Source: a virus
Reading direction: 5' to 3' (one strand)
DNA length: 64,000 nt
Virus record (IMG/VR): IMGVR_UViG_3300033145_000767
Span: 1-64,000 of that record
The notes beneath the pieces are model-generated. The model searched no databases. It worked only from the letters and a program-made list of their open reading frames with translations, and was not told the DNA's origin. A program made the translations under genes and the position numbers. Of this stretch, positions 37,607-47,030 are shown one piece after another (the stretch's first letter is position 1; every line of letters starts with the position of its first letter).

Positions 37607-37825
37607 ATGGTAAGAAAAAATAGTAAAAAGTATAGAATAGCTAAAAGACTAGGGGAAATATACTTAGCCTTAAAAGAACTCTCTGGAGAATTGCAGGAAT
37701 TTGCAGAAGACCATGAACTAGGTAGTATAGGTAATATGCTTTTAGATGATATTAAAAAGATAGAGCAAGCAGACCACGATTTAATTCGGGTTGCTCACAA
37801 ATTAATAAAAGAGGGGGGAAACTAG
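37607..37825 (+). CDS. Hypothetical protein
   Basis: GAGG RBS; helical. Confidence 0.6.
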   Translation: MVRKNSKKYRIAKRLGEIYLALKELSGELQEFAEDHELGSIGNMLLDDIKKIEQADHDLIRVAHKLIKEGGN

Positions 37826-38418
37826 TGTTAATTAATAAAATAAACTCTATGAAAAATCTTGATGATTTTTTATATACTACTTACCTAATTGGTGCTATGG
37901 AAGAGAAAGCCGAAGGTGATAGTGGAGAGTCTAAAAGAGAGGTATTTTTTAATGGGTTAGTAAAAAGAAATGTATTCCCTATAGACTCAACTAGAACTGA
38001 AGTTATGAGAACAGGTTTTACTTCTAAAGAACTTAAAGAAAAAATGGCAGGTTGGACAGCTTCAGGTAATAAAGAACTAAGAAAAAAATATGCTAAATGT
38101 ATCTGGGAAGGAAGAAATATGGTTGATGAAGATTTTAACCTAATATACATTCCAGGCGATTTTCATGCAGTTAAGATTTCTAATTGGATAACAGCCGTTA
38201 TAAATGAAGGGGATAGACCTTGTGGTACATTTGGTGAAGCTGGTGTAGCTACAGATATAAAGATACCTATTTATATAATAACTGAGCTACCAAAATATAA
38301 ATTGCCAGGAAGCTTAATACAATGGATGGATATTAATGATGGGGAAGTATTTAAAACTCAAAGAGAGTATTTTAACTTTATAGATAAAAAATATGTTTTA
38401 AAGGAGAAAAAAAGATGA
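37825..38418 (+). CDS. Nucleoside 2-deoxyribosyltransferase / dNMP N-glycosidase-like protein
   Basis: TYLIGAME, D...V..S, CGTFGEAG (catalytic Glu), IPIY. Confidence 0.75.
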   Translation: MLINKINSMKNLDDFLYTTYLIGAMEEKAEGDSGESKREVFFNGLVKRNVFPIDSTRTEVMRTGFTSKELKEKMAGWTASGNKELRKKYAKCIWEGRNMVDEDFNLIYIPGDFHAVKISNWITAVINEGDRPCGTFGEAGVATDIKIPIYIITELPKYKLPGSLIQWMDINDGEVFKTQREYFNFIDKKYVLKEKKR

Positions 38419-38876
38419 GCAATGAAAAACCCACTAACCCAAAAGGTATTATTGGTAGTAGTAAACTACCTTTTCACCTTTGCCCAACAACCTTTATAGC
38501 AGGGGTATCAATGGCTTTTCTTGAAGGTTGCTTAAAGTATGGCAGAAGTAATTTTAGAGCAGCAGGGGCAAGGTCTAGTATTTATTATGATGCAACAATG
38601 AGGCATTTAATATCATGGTTTGAGGGGGAAGATATAGACCCTGATAGCGGGATACATCATTTATATAAAGCAGGGGCTTGTTTAGCAGTAATAGCTGATG
38701 CTATGGAAGCAGATAAATTAAATGATGATAGAATGATTAAGGGAGGTTATGAAGATATAATTAAAAAATTTACCCCTTTAATTAAAGAGATAAAAGAAAG
38801 GCATAAAGGTAAAAACCCTAAACATTATACTATAAAAGATAACAAAAAGGAGGAACAGGATGAAGTTAAAAGTTAA
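38415..38876 (+). CDS. dATP/dGTP diphosphohydrolase (DUF5664)
   Basis: NPK..IG..KLP..L.P, EG.LKYGR.NF, YYDA.MRH..SW.EGED.DPDSG.HHL. Confidence 0.9.
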   Translation: MSNEKPTNPKGIIGSSKLPFHLCPTTFIAGVSMAFLEGCLKYGRSNFRAAGARSSIYYDATMRHLISWFEGEDIDPDSGIHHLYKAGACLAVIADAMEADKLNDDRMIKGGYEDIIKKFTPLIKEIKERHKGKNPKHYTIKDNKKEEQDEVKS

Positions 38877-39219
38877 AGAAGTACTAAGTATGAAAGAAGT
38901 TTTACAGAAACTAATAGGTCAAGATTTAGATACAGTAGTAAGTTATGATGTAGAGGAAATAGTTTCAAGTATTAATGAAGAATTAGCTACTTATAATAAA
39001 ACTAAAACTAAACTTATAAAGAAACTAGGTAAAGAAGATAAAGATAAAAAGACTATTGTAGTTGAAAAAGAAAACATAGAAAAATATAATAAAGAGTTAG
39101 TTAAAATATTAGAAAAAGAAGTAGAAATAAAAGGTAACAAAATTAAAGTTTCAAGACTAGAGGGAAGTAAATTAAATGTTATAGAAGTTGCTAGAATTAA
39201 ACCTATACTAGAAAGATGA
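38860..39219 (+). CDS. Hypothetical phage protein
   Basis: AGGAGG RBS; charged helical. Confidence 0.65.
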   Translation: MKLKVKEVLSMKEVLQKLIGQDLDTVVSYDVEEIVSSINEELATYNKTKTKLIKKLGKEDKDKKTIVVEKENIEKYNKELVKILEKEVEIKGNKIKVSRLEGSKLNVIEVARIKPILER

Positions 39220-39671
39220 AAATGAGCATTAAAAATGAGTACTACAAAAAGTATCCTTGGCTACACTCTTTAATGTTAGCTAAACAAAGGTGTAACAATA
39301 AAAAAAATAATAGGTATAAAACCTATGGTGGTAGGGGTATAAAACTATTTTTAACCAAGGAAGCCATAAAGAAACTTTGGTTTAGAGATAAAGCATTTAA
39401 TATGATTAAGCCCTCTATAGACCGTATTAATAATGATGGGAATTATGGGTTTAGTAATTGTAGGTTTATTGAAACATCCGATAATGTAATTAAATCTAAA
39501 GAAAAAATTATTAATCAATATGATTTACAAGGTAAATTTATTAAATCTTGGAAAAGCCAAATTGAAATACAAAATACTTTAGGTTTTTTACAATGCTGTA
39601 TTTCAGATGTTTGTAGAAAGAAACAAAAAACTGCTTATAGTTTTATTTGGAAGTTTAAAAAAGAGAGGTAG
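39216..39671 (+). CDS. HNH-type homing endonuclease with NUMOD1
   Basis: YGGRGI, PSIDRINNDGNY..NCRF. Confidence 0.85.
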   Translation: MKMSIKNEYYKKYPWLHSLMLAKQRCNNKKNNRYKTYGGRGIKLFLTKEAIKKLWFRDKAFNMIKPSIDRINNDGNYGFSNCRFIETSDNVIKSKEKIINQYDLQGKFIKSWKSQIEIQNTLGFLQCCISDVCRKKQKTAYSFIWKFKKER

Positions 39672-39676
39672 TACTA

Positions 39677-40140
39677 TGGAAAAAGTCGTAACTTATAGTG
39701 AATTAGTAGACTTATGTAAATCAGAGGGGGGTATAGAACAGCTTAAGGGTTATATACAGGATGTAGCAGATATAGTAAATGACTGTACTTTAGATTTTTT
39801 AAATGATGTAGCTTTTACTATAGACGAATACCAGAAGATACAGAAAACCTTAACAGGTTGTGTAATGTATTTAAACCCTATAGTTAATTATGCTAGTACA
39901 GTTAAGAGAAATGAATCCTTAAGAAAGTTTGTATCTCTTAAAGACAACTTTATTCCTGCTACTGTAAAGGATAAGTTTGTAGCTACATCAGCAACTAATG
40001 AAGCAGAGCTTAGTGTAGCTAGTTTTAGGGAAGTAAGAGACATGGCAGAAGCTTATCTTAAATCTTCTGAAAGTGGTATATATACCTGTAAAGACAGAGT
40101 ATTAGAGAAGAAGAAAGAATTTAAGGCAAGTAATGAATAG
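39677..40140 (+). CDS. Helical protein, possibly UvsY-like recombination mediator
   Basis: Long helical protein in the replication/recombination block; GAGG RBS. Confidence 0.35.
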
Positions 40141-40233
40141 TATATTTATTATAATAGTTATTAATTTGAATACGCCATCTGAAGAAGATGAATACTGGCA
40201 TAATCATTTTATGAAAAACCTGGAGGAAGATGA

Positions 40234-40554
40234 ATGAGTAACACTAAGAGAGGTAAATCAACAGATAAGTATAAAAAATATAATCATCACCATGAAATAC
40301 TAAATGAACATAAAATAGTGGATTTTAATAATGGTAAATTTGTAGCTAATATTGAAGCTATACCTTTATTAAAAGCACTTAATGAAATAGGTTTAAGAAC
40401 AAGAACACATCACATTGGAAAAGAAAAAGAGGCTTTTATAAGTATTTTATTAGATAAAGATGTAAGTATAGAAATAAAAACTGTATTTGAAAGAGATGCA
40501 GATAGAACTAAATACACTGGTAAAAAAGAATTATTAATTTCTTGGAGAAAATAA
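40234..40554 (+). CDS. Hypothetical protein
   Basis: I.PLLKALNEIGL.T..H pattern. Confidence 0.6.
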   Translation: MSNTKRGKSTDKYKKYNHHHEILNEHKIVDFNNGKFVANIEAIPLLKALNEIGLRTRTHHIGKEKEAFISILLDKDVSIEIKTVFERDADRTKYTGKKELLISWRK

Positions 40555-41156
40555 TGAGTAAAATAATATTAGGGTATATAGCAGAAGAAGGTGATGCAAA
40601 ACGAATGGAAGAATTTCAAATATCGCCTGAAACTAATGAATGTCTAAAACCTATTTATAAGAAAAATAAAATAATAGTAATAGATAAAATAAAAAAACAA
40701 TTTCTAAAGAAGTATTTTCTTAAATACCCTTGGATGAAGCATTATTTCAATGCTAGAAGAAGGTGCAAAGATAAAAAGTTCTATAGCTATAAATATTACG
40801 GTAAACTTGGCATTAAATGTCTAATTAATAGGGTTGAAATTGAGGAAAGATGGTATAAAGATAAAGCATATAAAATGAAGAAACCGACTTTAAGTCGTAG
40901 TAGCCATGATAAAGATTACACTTTTAAAAATGCTAGGTTTATAGAGAATTCTAATAATATAGCGGAAAGAAATAAAAGAGTATGCTCAAAAAAAATAGAA
41001 CAATATGACTTAGAAGGTAATTTTATTAAAGAATGGGAAAGCCAATCTCAAATAGAAAGGTGGTTAGGTTACGACCAAGGTAATATATCAAATGTATGTA
41101 GGGGCAAGTATAAACAGTCATATGGTTTTGTTTGGAGGTTTAAAGATGCCAAATAA
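40542..41156 (+). CDS. Homing endonuclease paralogue (divergent HNH plus NUMOD1)
   Basis: YPW..HY.NARRRC, YGKLGIK, NARFIE, SYGFVWRF. Confidence 0.75.
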   Translation: MEKIMSKIILGYIAEEGDAKRMEEFQISPETNECLKPIYKKNKIIVIDKIKKQFLKKYFLKYPWMKHYFNARRRCKDKKFYSYKYYGKLGIKCLINRVEIEERWYKDKAYKMKKPTLSRSSHDKDYTFKNARFIENSNNIAERNKRVCSKKIEQYDLEGNFIKEWESQSQIERWLGYDQGNISNVCRGKYKQSYGFVWRFKDAK

Positions 41157-41889
41157 AGTTATTGTGGTGGATCATGGATACGTTATGTTCACCGCCATAC
41201 ATGTATTTAGAAAGACATATGCTATGCCGGCTACTGACATGTATTTGTCCATGATACTAGGGTATTTAAGAATACTAGGAGCTACTCTTGATGATACTAT
41301 AATCATAGCACAGGACAGCTTTAAAGGTTCTTGGCGTAGAAGCATATACCCTGAATATAAAGCCCAGAGAAAAGGAAACAGGGAGGCCCAAGAGGACAAA
41401 GACTGGTGGGATGAGGTATTCGGGGAGTTCAATGACCAAAAGAAAGTACTAGCTAGGGGTTTACCTTGGAATTGGGTAAGCGTAACACGCATGGAGGCAG
41501 ACGATATAGCTAGTGTAGCTTGCAGATACTACAAAGATAGGGAAGTAGTACTCGTATCTAGCGATAGTGATTGGGGCATGCTCCTACAATATCCGAATGT
41601 AAAGATTCTTAGCATTAAAACAAAGAAGTTTAAGGAAGTAAAAGACCCTTTAGCAATCCTCAAAGACAAAATAGAAAACGGGGACAGAGCAGACAACATC
41701 CTAAACAAGCCCAAGAGCGGAAGCGAGTGGGCTGTTAGGAAACAAATCGTGTCGTTGCTGGAATTGCCAGTTGAGGTAGAAAATGCTATTAAATGGGAAT
41801 TATCAAACATTAATGTTAAGAGTGCAGATTTATCAGTAATTAGTAGTGGTATGCTTAGAAAGAGATTAAAAAAAATATATAACATATAA
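41146..41889 (+). CDS. 5'-3' exonuclease / T4 RNase H-like (PIN/FEN) nuclease
   Basis: VVD, QDS..GSWRR.IYPEYKAQR, EADDI, SSDSDW, GDRADNI. Confidence 0.9.
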   Translation: MPNKVIVVDHGYVMFTAIHVFRKTYAMPATDMYLSMILGYLRILGATLDDTIIIAQDSFKGSWRRSIYPEYKAQRKGNREAQEDKDWWDEVFGEFNDQKKVLARGLPWNWVSVTRMEADDIASVACRYYKDREVVLVSSDSDWGMLLQYPNVKILSIKTKKFKEVKDPLAILKDKIENGDRADNILNKPKSGSEWAVRKQIVSLLELPVEVENAIKWELSNINVKSADLSVISSGMLRKRLKKIYNI

Positions 41890-41901
41890 GGAGGAATAAA
41901 A

Positions 41902-41985
41902 ATGGCAGGACGTAAAGGAGATTGTGGTGGAACACCAAGAACAGGAAGAAAAGGGGACGCAAAACCAAGAAGAGGCAGGAAATAA
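41902..41985 (+). CDS. 27-aa Arg/Gly/Lys-rich peptide
   Basis: AAGGAGG RBS; MAGRKGDCGGTPRTGRKGDAKPRRGRK. Confidence 0.55.
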   Translation: MAGRKGDCGGTPRTGRKGDAKPRRGRK

Positions 41986-42004
41986 ATCATAAAAGGAGAA
42001 CAAT

Positions 42005-42490
42005 ATGAGTAATGTTATAACAGGTCAACTTAAAGCTAAAGCTAGAACAAATAAAGCTTTCAAGCTAGATGATAATAAATGGTATGAAGTATCAGGTAAG
42101 ACAGAGGAATTTCTTGCCAATATGAATAAGCCTTACCCGCAGGTAGAGGTAACTTATGAACAGAATGGCTATAAAAGAAAAGTAACTTTTATTAAGCCTG
42201 TAGGGGCAGGGGAAGCCCCAGCACAGAATACAACAGTTGTAAATAATACTGTTGTTGATACAGGTAGTAAATCTAAACCTTCTTATGATTATAAGAAATC
42301 TGCAAAAAAGCAAGAAGATAAACCTACTCAAGAATATTGGGATAAAAGAGGTTTGGATATTAAAAAAGGTAATGCTTTAAATGCTTCAGCTTATGCATTA
42401 TCAGGAACAGAGCCAGATGTAGAAGCATTAGCAGAGAAAGTTTTGTTTCTAGCAAATAAATTTTATGAGTATTTAACCTTAGAGGATTAA
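42005..42490 (+). CDS. Probable single-stranded DNA-binding protein
   Basis: OB-like N-terminus, flexible linker, C-terminal helical domain; upstream of the primase. Confidence 0.5.
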   Translation: MSNVITGQLKAKARTNKAFKLDDNKWYEVSGKTEEFLANMNKPYPQVEVTYEQNGYKRKVTFIKPVGAGEAPAQNTTVVNNTVVDTGSKSKPSYDYKKSAKKQEDKPTQEYWDKRGLDIKKGNALNASAYALSGTEPDVEALAEKVLFLANKFYEYLTLED

Positions 42491-42503
42491 TCAGGAGATA
42501 ACA

Positions 42504-44375
42504 ATGGATATAGGTAAAAAGCTATTTGAGTATTTAGAGCTTAAATTGCCTGACTTCAATCAGACCAGAAATAAAAAGGGTAAGATACTATTTACTTGCC
42601 CTAATTATTATGGTCATAAGTTTAAAAAAGGTTCTCCTACCGCTATGTTTACTATGGGCGATAGCAAGAAAATATGTTGTCTCCAATGTGGCTGGAAGGG
42701 GGATGCTTATGATGCTGTTAGAACAGTTGAGGCTGATAAGAAAAATTCTGATAATGCAGGCATACTAAAGCATCTTATGGATATATTGGATTTAGATGTG
42801 TTCTCTGAACTTAATGATTATAAAAAACTTGGATTTTCAATACTACCTGTAGCTAGAAATGGTAAAGAGGCTATTGAACCTAAGTGGCAACAGATAACCC
42901 ATTATGAAAAAGTAGATTGGATTAAATGGTTAAACAATGGTTTAAATATAGGTCTTAGGACAGGGGAAGTATCTGGTGTTACTGTAGTTGATTATGATAT
43001 AAAAGGGGAAGAGACAGAAGAGCAAAAAGCAATTCTTAAGTCTTTACGGGATTCTGATACGCTTGTACAGAAAACACCAAGTGGGGGTAAACACTTTATT
43101 TTTAAGTTTGATGAAGAAGTACCTCAACAAGTAAACTTAGGTGGGATACACATAGATACAAGAAACACAAATGGTTATGTATTAGTTGCACCTTCTAAAA
43201 GAACAGAAGGGGATTATGCTATTGAAGACTTTGGTAAAGAGATTAAAGACATACCAAAGGAAATTAGAGAATTTATATTAGCTAATGCTAACAAGTCTAA
43301 AAAAGAGAAAGATGTTAAAATAATACTAAAAGATGGGGTAGATTTAGGTATAGACTTAACAGCAATAAACCAAGTAAAAGAAGGGGACGGTAGAAATACT
43401 ATAATCACATCTTTAGGGGGTTTATTAATAAAGAAATTTAATATACAACAGACTGCTGACATTGTAAGTATAATCAATCATAATTTTTTTACACCCCCTC
43501 TATCTAAAAAAGAGATACTAAATACTTTACATAGTTTGGCTAAGTATCAAGATAGTGATGATTTAACGCATGAGCAGACTGTATATGATTATTGTAAAGA
43601 AATGCAGAGTGATATTACTGCTAGAGATATGATGGATAGTTTACAGTTGCCAAGAGCAACAGTAGATAAGTATTTATCTAAGTTTAAGAAAGAACATATA
43701 TTAATTAGGTGTGGCAGGGGGAGATACAAATTTAGAGAGGTAATAGAATGGTCTAAAGAATCTCCTAAGACACTTGAAGAATACCCATATGAAATTAAAT
43801 ATTTTAGTGAATGTAACCATTTTCAAACAGGGGATATTCTACTACTTGGGGGTCAAACAAATATAGGTAAAACAACAATAGCTTTAAATATGTTAAAACA
43901 TATGATTGCTCAGAATGTTACACCTTACTATATTTATTTAGAATCTGGTAGTAGGTTTCAAAAGACAAGCAAGATACTAGATATTTCACACAAGTACTTT
44001 CATGCCTATCATGCAGACCCAATGAGTATAGATATTATACCTGATAGCTTTACAATAATAGATTGGTTGCATATTAGTATGAAGGAATATACTGATACAG
44101 TATTTAAACATCTTAGTGATGAAATACAAAGAAAAGGTGGCATACTTGTAGTATTTACTCAGTTAAAAGAAACTAATGATTGGTTTGCCCCTAATTTAAT
44201 TAAATCTTTTCCTACCTTTGCTTCTAGGTATTTTCAAGATAAAGATAATAAATCAGGGGGCTACTGGAAAATAGATAAATTAAAAGAACCTAAAGGTAAT
44301 TATACAAGTTATGAGATACCTTGTCAATATAACTTTGAAACAAGAGAACTAAATAGGAAGGATTTACTTTACTAA
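42504..44375 (+). CDS. Zn-finger + Prim-Pol (AEP) + PriCT + P-loop helicase fusion
   Basis: CP..H...CLQC; NIGLRTG..SG..VVDYD; TPSGGKH; EGDGRN; GGQTNIGKTT; IIDW. Confidence 0.88.
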   Translation: MDIGKKLFEYLELKLPDFNQTRNKKGKILFTCPNYYGHKFKKGSPTAMFTMGDSKKICCLQCGWKGDAYDAVRTVEADKKNSDNAGILKHLMDILDLDVFSELNDYKKLGFSILPVARNGKEAIEPKWQQITHYEKVDWIKWLNNGLNIGLRTGEVSGVTVVDYDIKGEETEEQKAILKSLRDSDTLVQKTPSGGKHFIFKFDEEVPQQVNLGGIHIDTRNTNGYVLVAPSKRTEGDYAIEDFGKEIKDIPKEIREFILANANKSKKEKDVKIILKDGVDLGIDLTAINQVKEGDGRNTIITSLGGLLIKKFNIQQTADIVSIINHNFFTPPLSKKEILNTLHSLAKYQDSDDLTHEQTVYDYCKEMQSDITARDMMDSLQLPRATVDKYLSKFKKEHILIRCGRGRYKFREVIEWSKESPKTLEEYPYEIKYFSECNHFQTGDILLLGGQTNIGKTTIALNMLKHMIAQNVTPYYIYLESGSRFQKTSKILDISHKYFHAYHADPMSIDIIPDSFTIIDWLHISMKEYTDTVFKHLSDEIQRKGGILVVFTQLKETNDWFAPNLIKSFPTFASRYFQDKDNKSGGYWKIDKLKEPKGNYTSYEIPCQYNFETRELNRKDLLY

Positions 44376-44626
44376 TGAATGCTTTTTATAACTTTTGGAT
44401 AAATCAACTAGGGTATTTGAACATTACTATATTATTAATAGCTGGGTTGATGATAGTTAGTACTAAAAGAAAAGTTAAGCTTATTGCTTGTTGGTTGTAT
44501 ATACTAAGTAATATTATTATCTTTTTAAGGGGTTATATGACCAATGTAGATTCTTTTATAAGTGCAAGTCTTATATTTGGTGCATTAACTGTGATAAATA
44601 TGGTTAGAATATATAAACAAAAGTAG
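44375..44626 (+). CDS. Small membrane protein (3 TM)
   Basis: Hydrophobic helices. Confidence 0.6.
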   Translation: MNAFYNFWINQLGYLNITILLIAGLMIVSTKRKVKLIACWLYILSNIIIFLRGYMTNVDSFISASLIFGALTVINMVRIYKQK

Positions 44627-44639
44627 AGGGGGTTTACTA

Positions 44640-44828
44640 ATGGATATTAAAAAAGGTTTAAAAGTTTACACAGATGATTTTTGGTATGATTTAGCCCATG
44701 GAGGGTATATACACCCTACAAGTATATGTGTAAAAGAAAGTGATGCTATGAAGGTATTAAACGCTTTAGCTATAATACAAGATTTTGAAGATTCTTGTGA
44801 AGAACAAATAGGGGGGTTTATTCAATGA
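44640..44828 (+). CDS. Hypothetical protein
   Basis: DFWYDL..GGYI.P motif; RBS. Confidence 0.65.
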   Translation: MDIKKGLKVYTDDFWYDLAHGGYIHPTSICVKESDAMKVLNALAIIQDFEDSCEEQIGGFIQ

Positions 44829-45535
44829 GTCAAAAGAAACACTATAATATAGGTAGAAAAAACCCAAATTGGGGAAGTAAAAGTTTTACCCCAAGTACTA
44901 TACAAAAATTTAAGAAGTTAAGTTGTAAAGAAAATCATTCACGATGGAAAAAAATACCTAAAAAAATAATAGAAGGTTTATATTTAAACCAAAAGCGGTC
45001 TATTGCAGAGATAGCTAAAATTCTTAAGTGTAGTACAACTGCTATTTACAATAAGTTACTCTATTATAAAATTAAGAGAAGAACACAATCAGAGGCTATG
45101 AAAGAAAAATTCTTGGGTAGAAAACTATCAAAAGAACATAAAGAAAAAATTAGTAAAAGTAGAATTAAGAAGAAATCAGCAAGAGGTAAGCATAACCCAA
45201 TGTTTGGTAAAAAGCATAGCACAAAAACTAGAAGTAAAATGAGTATAATAGCAGGCGGCTCTGGCATACCTTATGAAGATAAACAGTATACTTACTATTT
45301 TTATAGTATTCGTGATAAAATAAGAAAAGGGGATAAAAATATTTGTCAGTTATGTAAAAAAATTAAACTAAAGAATGGGAATAATTTAGATGTTCACCAT
45401 ATTGACTACAATAAGAATAATAATAAATTTATTAACTTAATTAGTTTATGTAAAAAGTGCCATCTTAAAACAAATAGAAATAGAGAACTTTGGAAGGAAG
45501 TGTTTTTACCATGTCGCAACACAATAATTCTTTAG
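44825..45535 (+). CDS. NUMOD3/HNH homing endonuclease
   Basis: NPMFGKKHS, CQLC...LDVHHIDYNK.N....NLISLCKKCH. Confidence 0.9.
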   Translation: MSQKKHYNIGRKNPNWGSKSFTPSTIQKFKKLSCKENHSRWKKIPKKIIEGLYLNQKRSIAEIAKILKCSTTAIYNKLLYYKIKRRTQSEAMKEKFLGRKLSKEHKEKISKSRIKKKSARGKHNPMFGKKHSTKTRSKMSIIAGGSGIPYEDKQYTYYFYSIRDKIRKGDKNICQLCKKIKLKNGNNLDVHHIDYNKNNNKFINLISLCKKCHLKTNRNRELWKEVFLPCRNTIIL

Positions 45536-45846
45536 AGTTGGCTATAGCAGAAGAACTTAAGTCTAGGGGTTTAGACATATATGCAAGACCTACAAAGGCT
45601 AGTGGGGCTAGTACAGAGTTGGGGGATGTAGAGAATAAATTGCTCATGGTTGAAGCAAAGCAACAGCTTACAAAGAAACACCTTACTATAAACAGTAATG
45701 TATTCCTAGAAAATGAAGCTTTGTTGCCATACAATTCCAAGAAAATAGCAATTATGGCTTTAGAGAATAAAACCCTAGGAAAGTTAATTGCCTTACGCAT
45801 GAATGACTTTTTTGACCTTTTAGAAAGAGCAGAAAAAAATGATTAG
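45511..45846 (+). CDS. PD-(D/E)XK nuclease, Hjc-like Holliday junction resolvase
   Basis: LE..IAE.L, ASGA...GDV, VEAKQ. Confidence 0.7.
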   Translation: MSQHNNSLELAIAEELKSRGLDIYARPTKASGASTELGDVENKLLMVEAKQQLTKKHLTINSNVFLENEALLPYNSKKIAIMALENKTLGKLIALRMNDFFDLLERAEKND

Positions 45847-46234
45847 CGAGAAGACAAAATACAACAAGCTATATTATAAGAAAAATAAAGCTAGAGAATT
45901 AGAGCGGGCTAAAAAATGGGCAGTAGATAATAGAGATAAAAGAAGAGCAAGCCTTAAAAAATACTATAGGGAGAACCCATGGATGAATGCTTATAGAGGA
46001 GCAAAGGCTAGGTGCAATAACCAAAATAACAATAGATATAACTCTTATGGTAAGAGGGGTATAAAGTTTTTATTAACCAAGGAAGAACTAAAGAAGTTAT
46101 GGTTTAGAGATAAAGCATTTAATATGATTAAGCCTTCTATAGACCGTATTAATAATGATGGGAATTATGAGTTTAATAATTGTAGATTTATTGAATTAAA
46201 GGCTAATTTATTAAAAAGGCATAGTAAGATATAG
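45839..46234 (+). CDS. HNH-type homing endonuclease paralogue (no NUMOD1)
   Basis: YGKRGIKF, PSIDRINNDGNYEFNNCRF. Confidence 0.85.
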   Translation: MISEKTKYNKLYYKKNKARELERAKKWAVDNRDKRRASLKKYYRENPWMNAYRGAKARCNNQNNNRYNSYGKRGIKFLLTKEELKKLWFRDKAFNMIKPSIDRINNDGNYEFNNCRFIELKANLLKRHSKI

Positions 46235-46341
46235 GTTATGTATAAAATAGCCTTAAAAGTGCTTTGAGAACAAGATTTTAGGTAAACTAATAGTACTTAG
46301 ATTAGGCGATTTCTTCGATATACTAGAAAAAGCTATAAAAG

Positions 46342-46788
46342 GTGGTAATAATGATAGGTAAAATAGTATTTTTATTTGTATTAGCTTATCTTCATGCCTT
46401 ATGGGAAACAGAGATTGAAGGCAAAGATGGTTGGGCTAAGAATCTTCCTACATGGCGTATATCAAATCCCTATAAGAAAACATTTAATGGTAAAGATATA
46501 ACAGGTTATCATACATTTATGGTATTAATATTTACTTTATTCTTCCATAGCTACTTTCTTTATAACTCTTGGAGCTTTGGTAGAGAATTAATATGCATAG
46601 GTACAATGTTAATCTATCTCATAGTAGAAGATTTTTTATGGTTTATTGTAAACCCATACTATGAAACAAAGAAATTCTTTGAAAAAAAAGTTAGATGGCA
46701 TAAGAAATGGTTTTTATACTTACCTATAGATTATTGGGCAATGATAATTATTGGTTCATATTTAATTTTAATAGGGAGTAAAATATGA
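46342..46788 (+). CDS. Membrane protein
   Basis: WETEIEG..GWA.NLPTW, 4 TM, EDFLWF..NP. Confidence 0.7.
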   Translation: MVIMIGKIVFLFVLAYLHALWETEIEGKDGWAKNLPTWRISNPYKKTFNGKDITGYHTFMVLIFTLFFHSYFLYNSWSFGRELICIGTMLIYLIVEDFLWFIVNPYYETKKFFEKKVRWHKKWFLYLPIDYWAMIIIGSYLILIGSKI

Positions 46789-47030
46789 TAAGAGGCTTTA
46801 TATTAACAGGGCATCCCTGCCAATACAAATATTATATTAAACTTCAGAAACTTAAGAGTAAAGAGTTTCCTGAACTGAAAAGTATTAAACAACTTAGGGA
46901 TAACCCTCAAGCAATATTAATAGAAGTAGGTACTTATTGGTTACACCCCATATATGAAAGGGTACAGACATGGCAAAGAAAAGAAAATCTAAAGAACCAG
47001 AAGTGGTTGAACAGGGTAAAGAGAAACTAG
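46785..47030 (+). CDS. Hypothetical protein
   Basis: Coupled ORF, overlaps recA start. Confidence 0.45.
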   Translation: MIRGFILTGHPCQYKYYIKLQKLKSKEFPELKSIKQLRDNPQAILIEVGTYWLHPIYERVQTWQRKENLKNQKWLNRVKRN

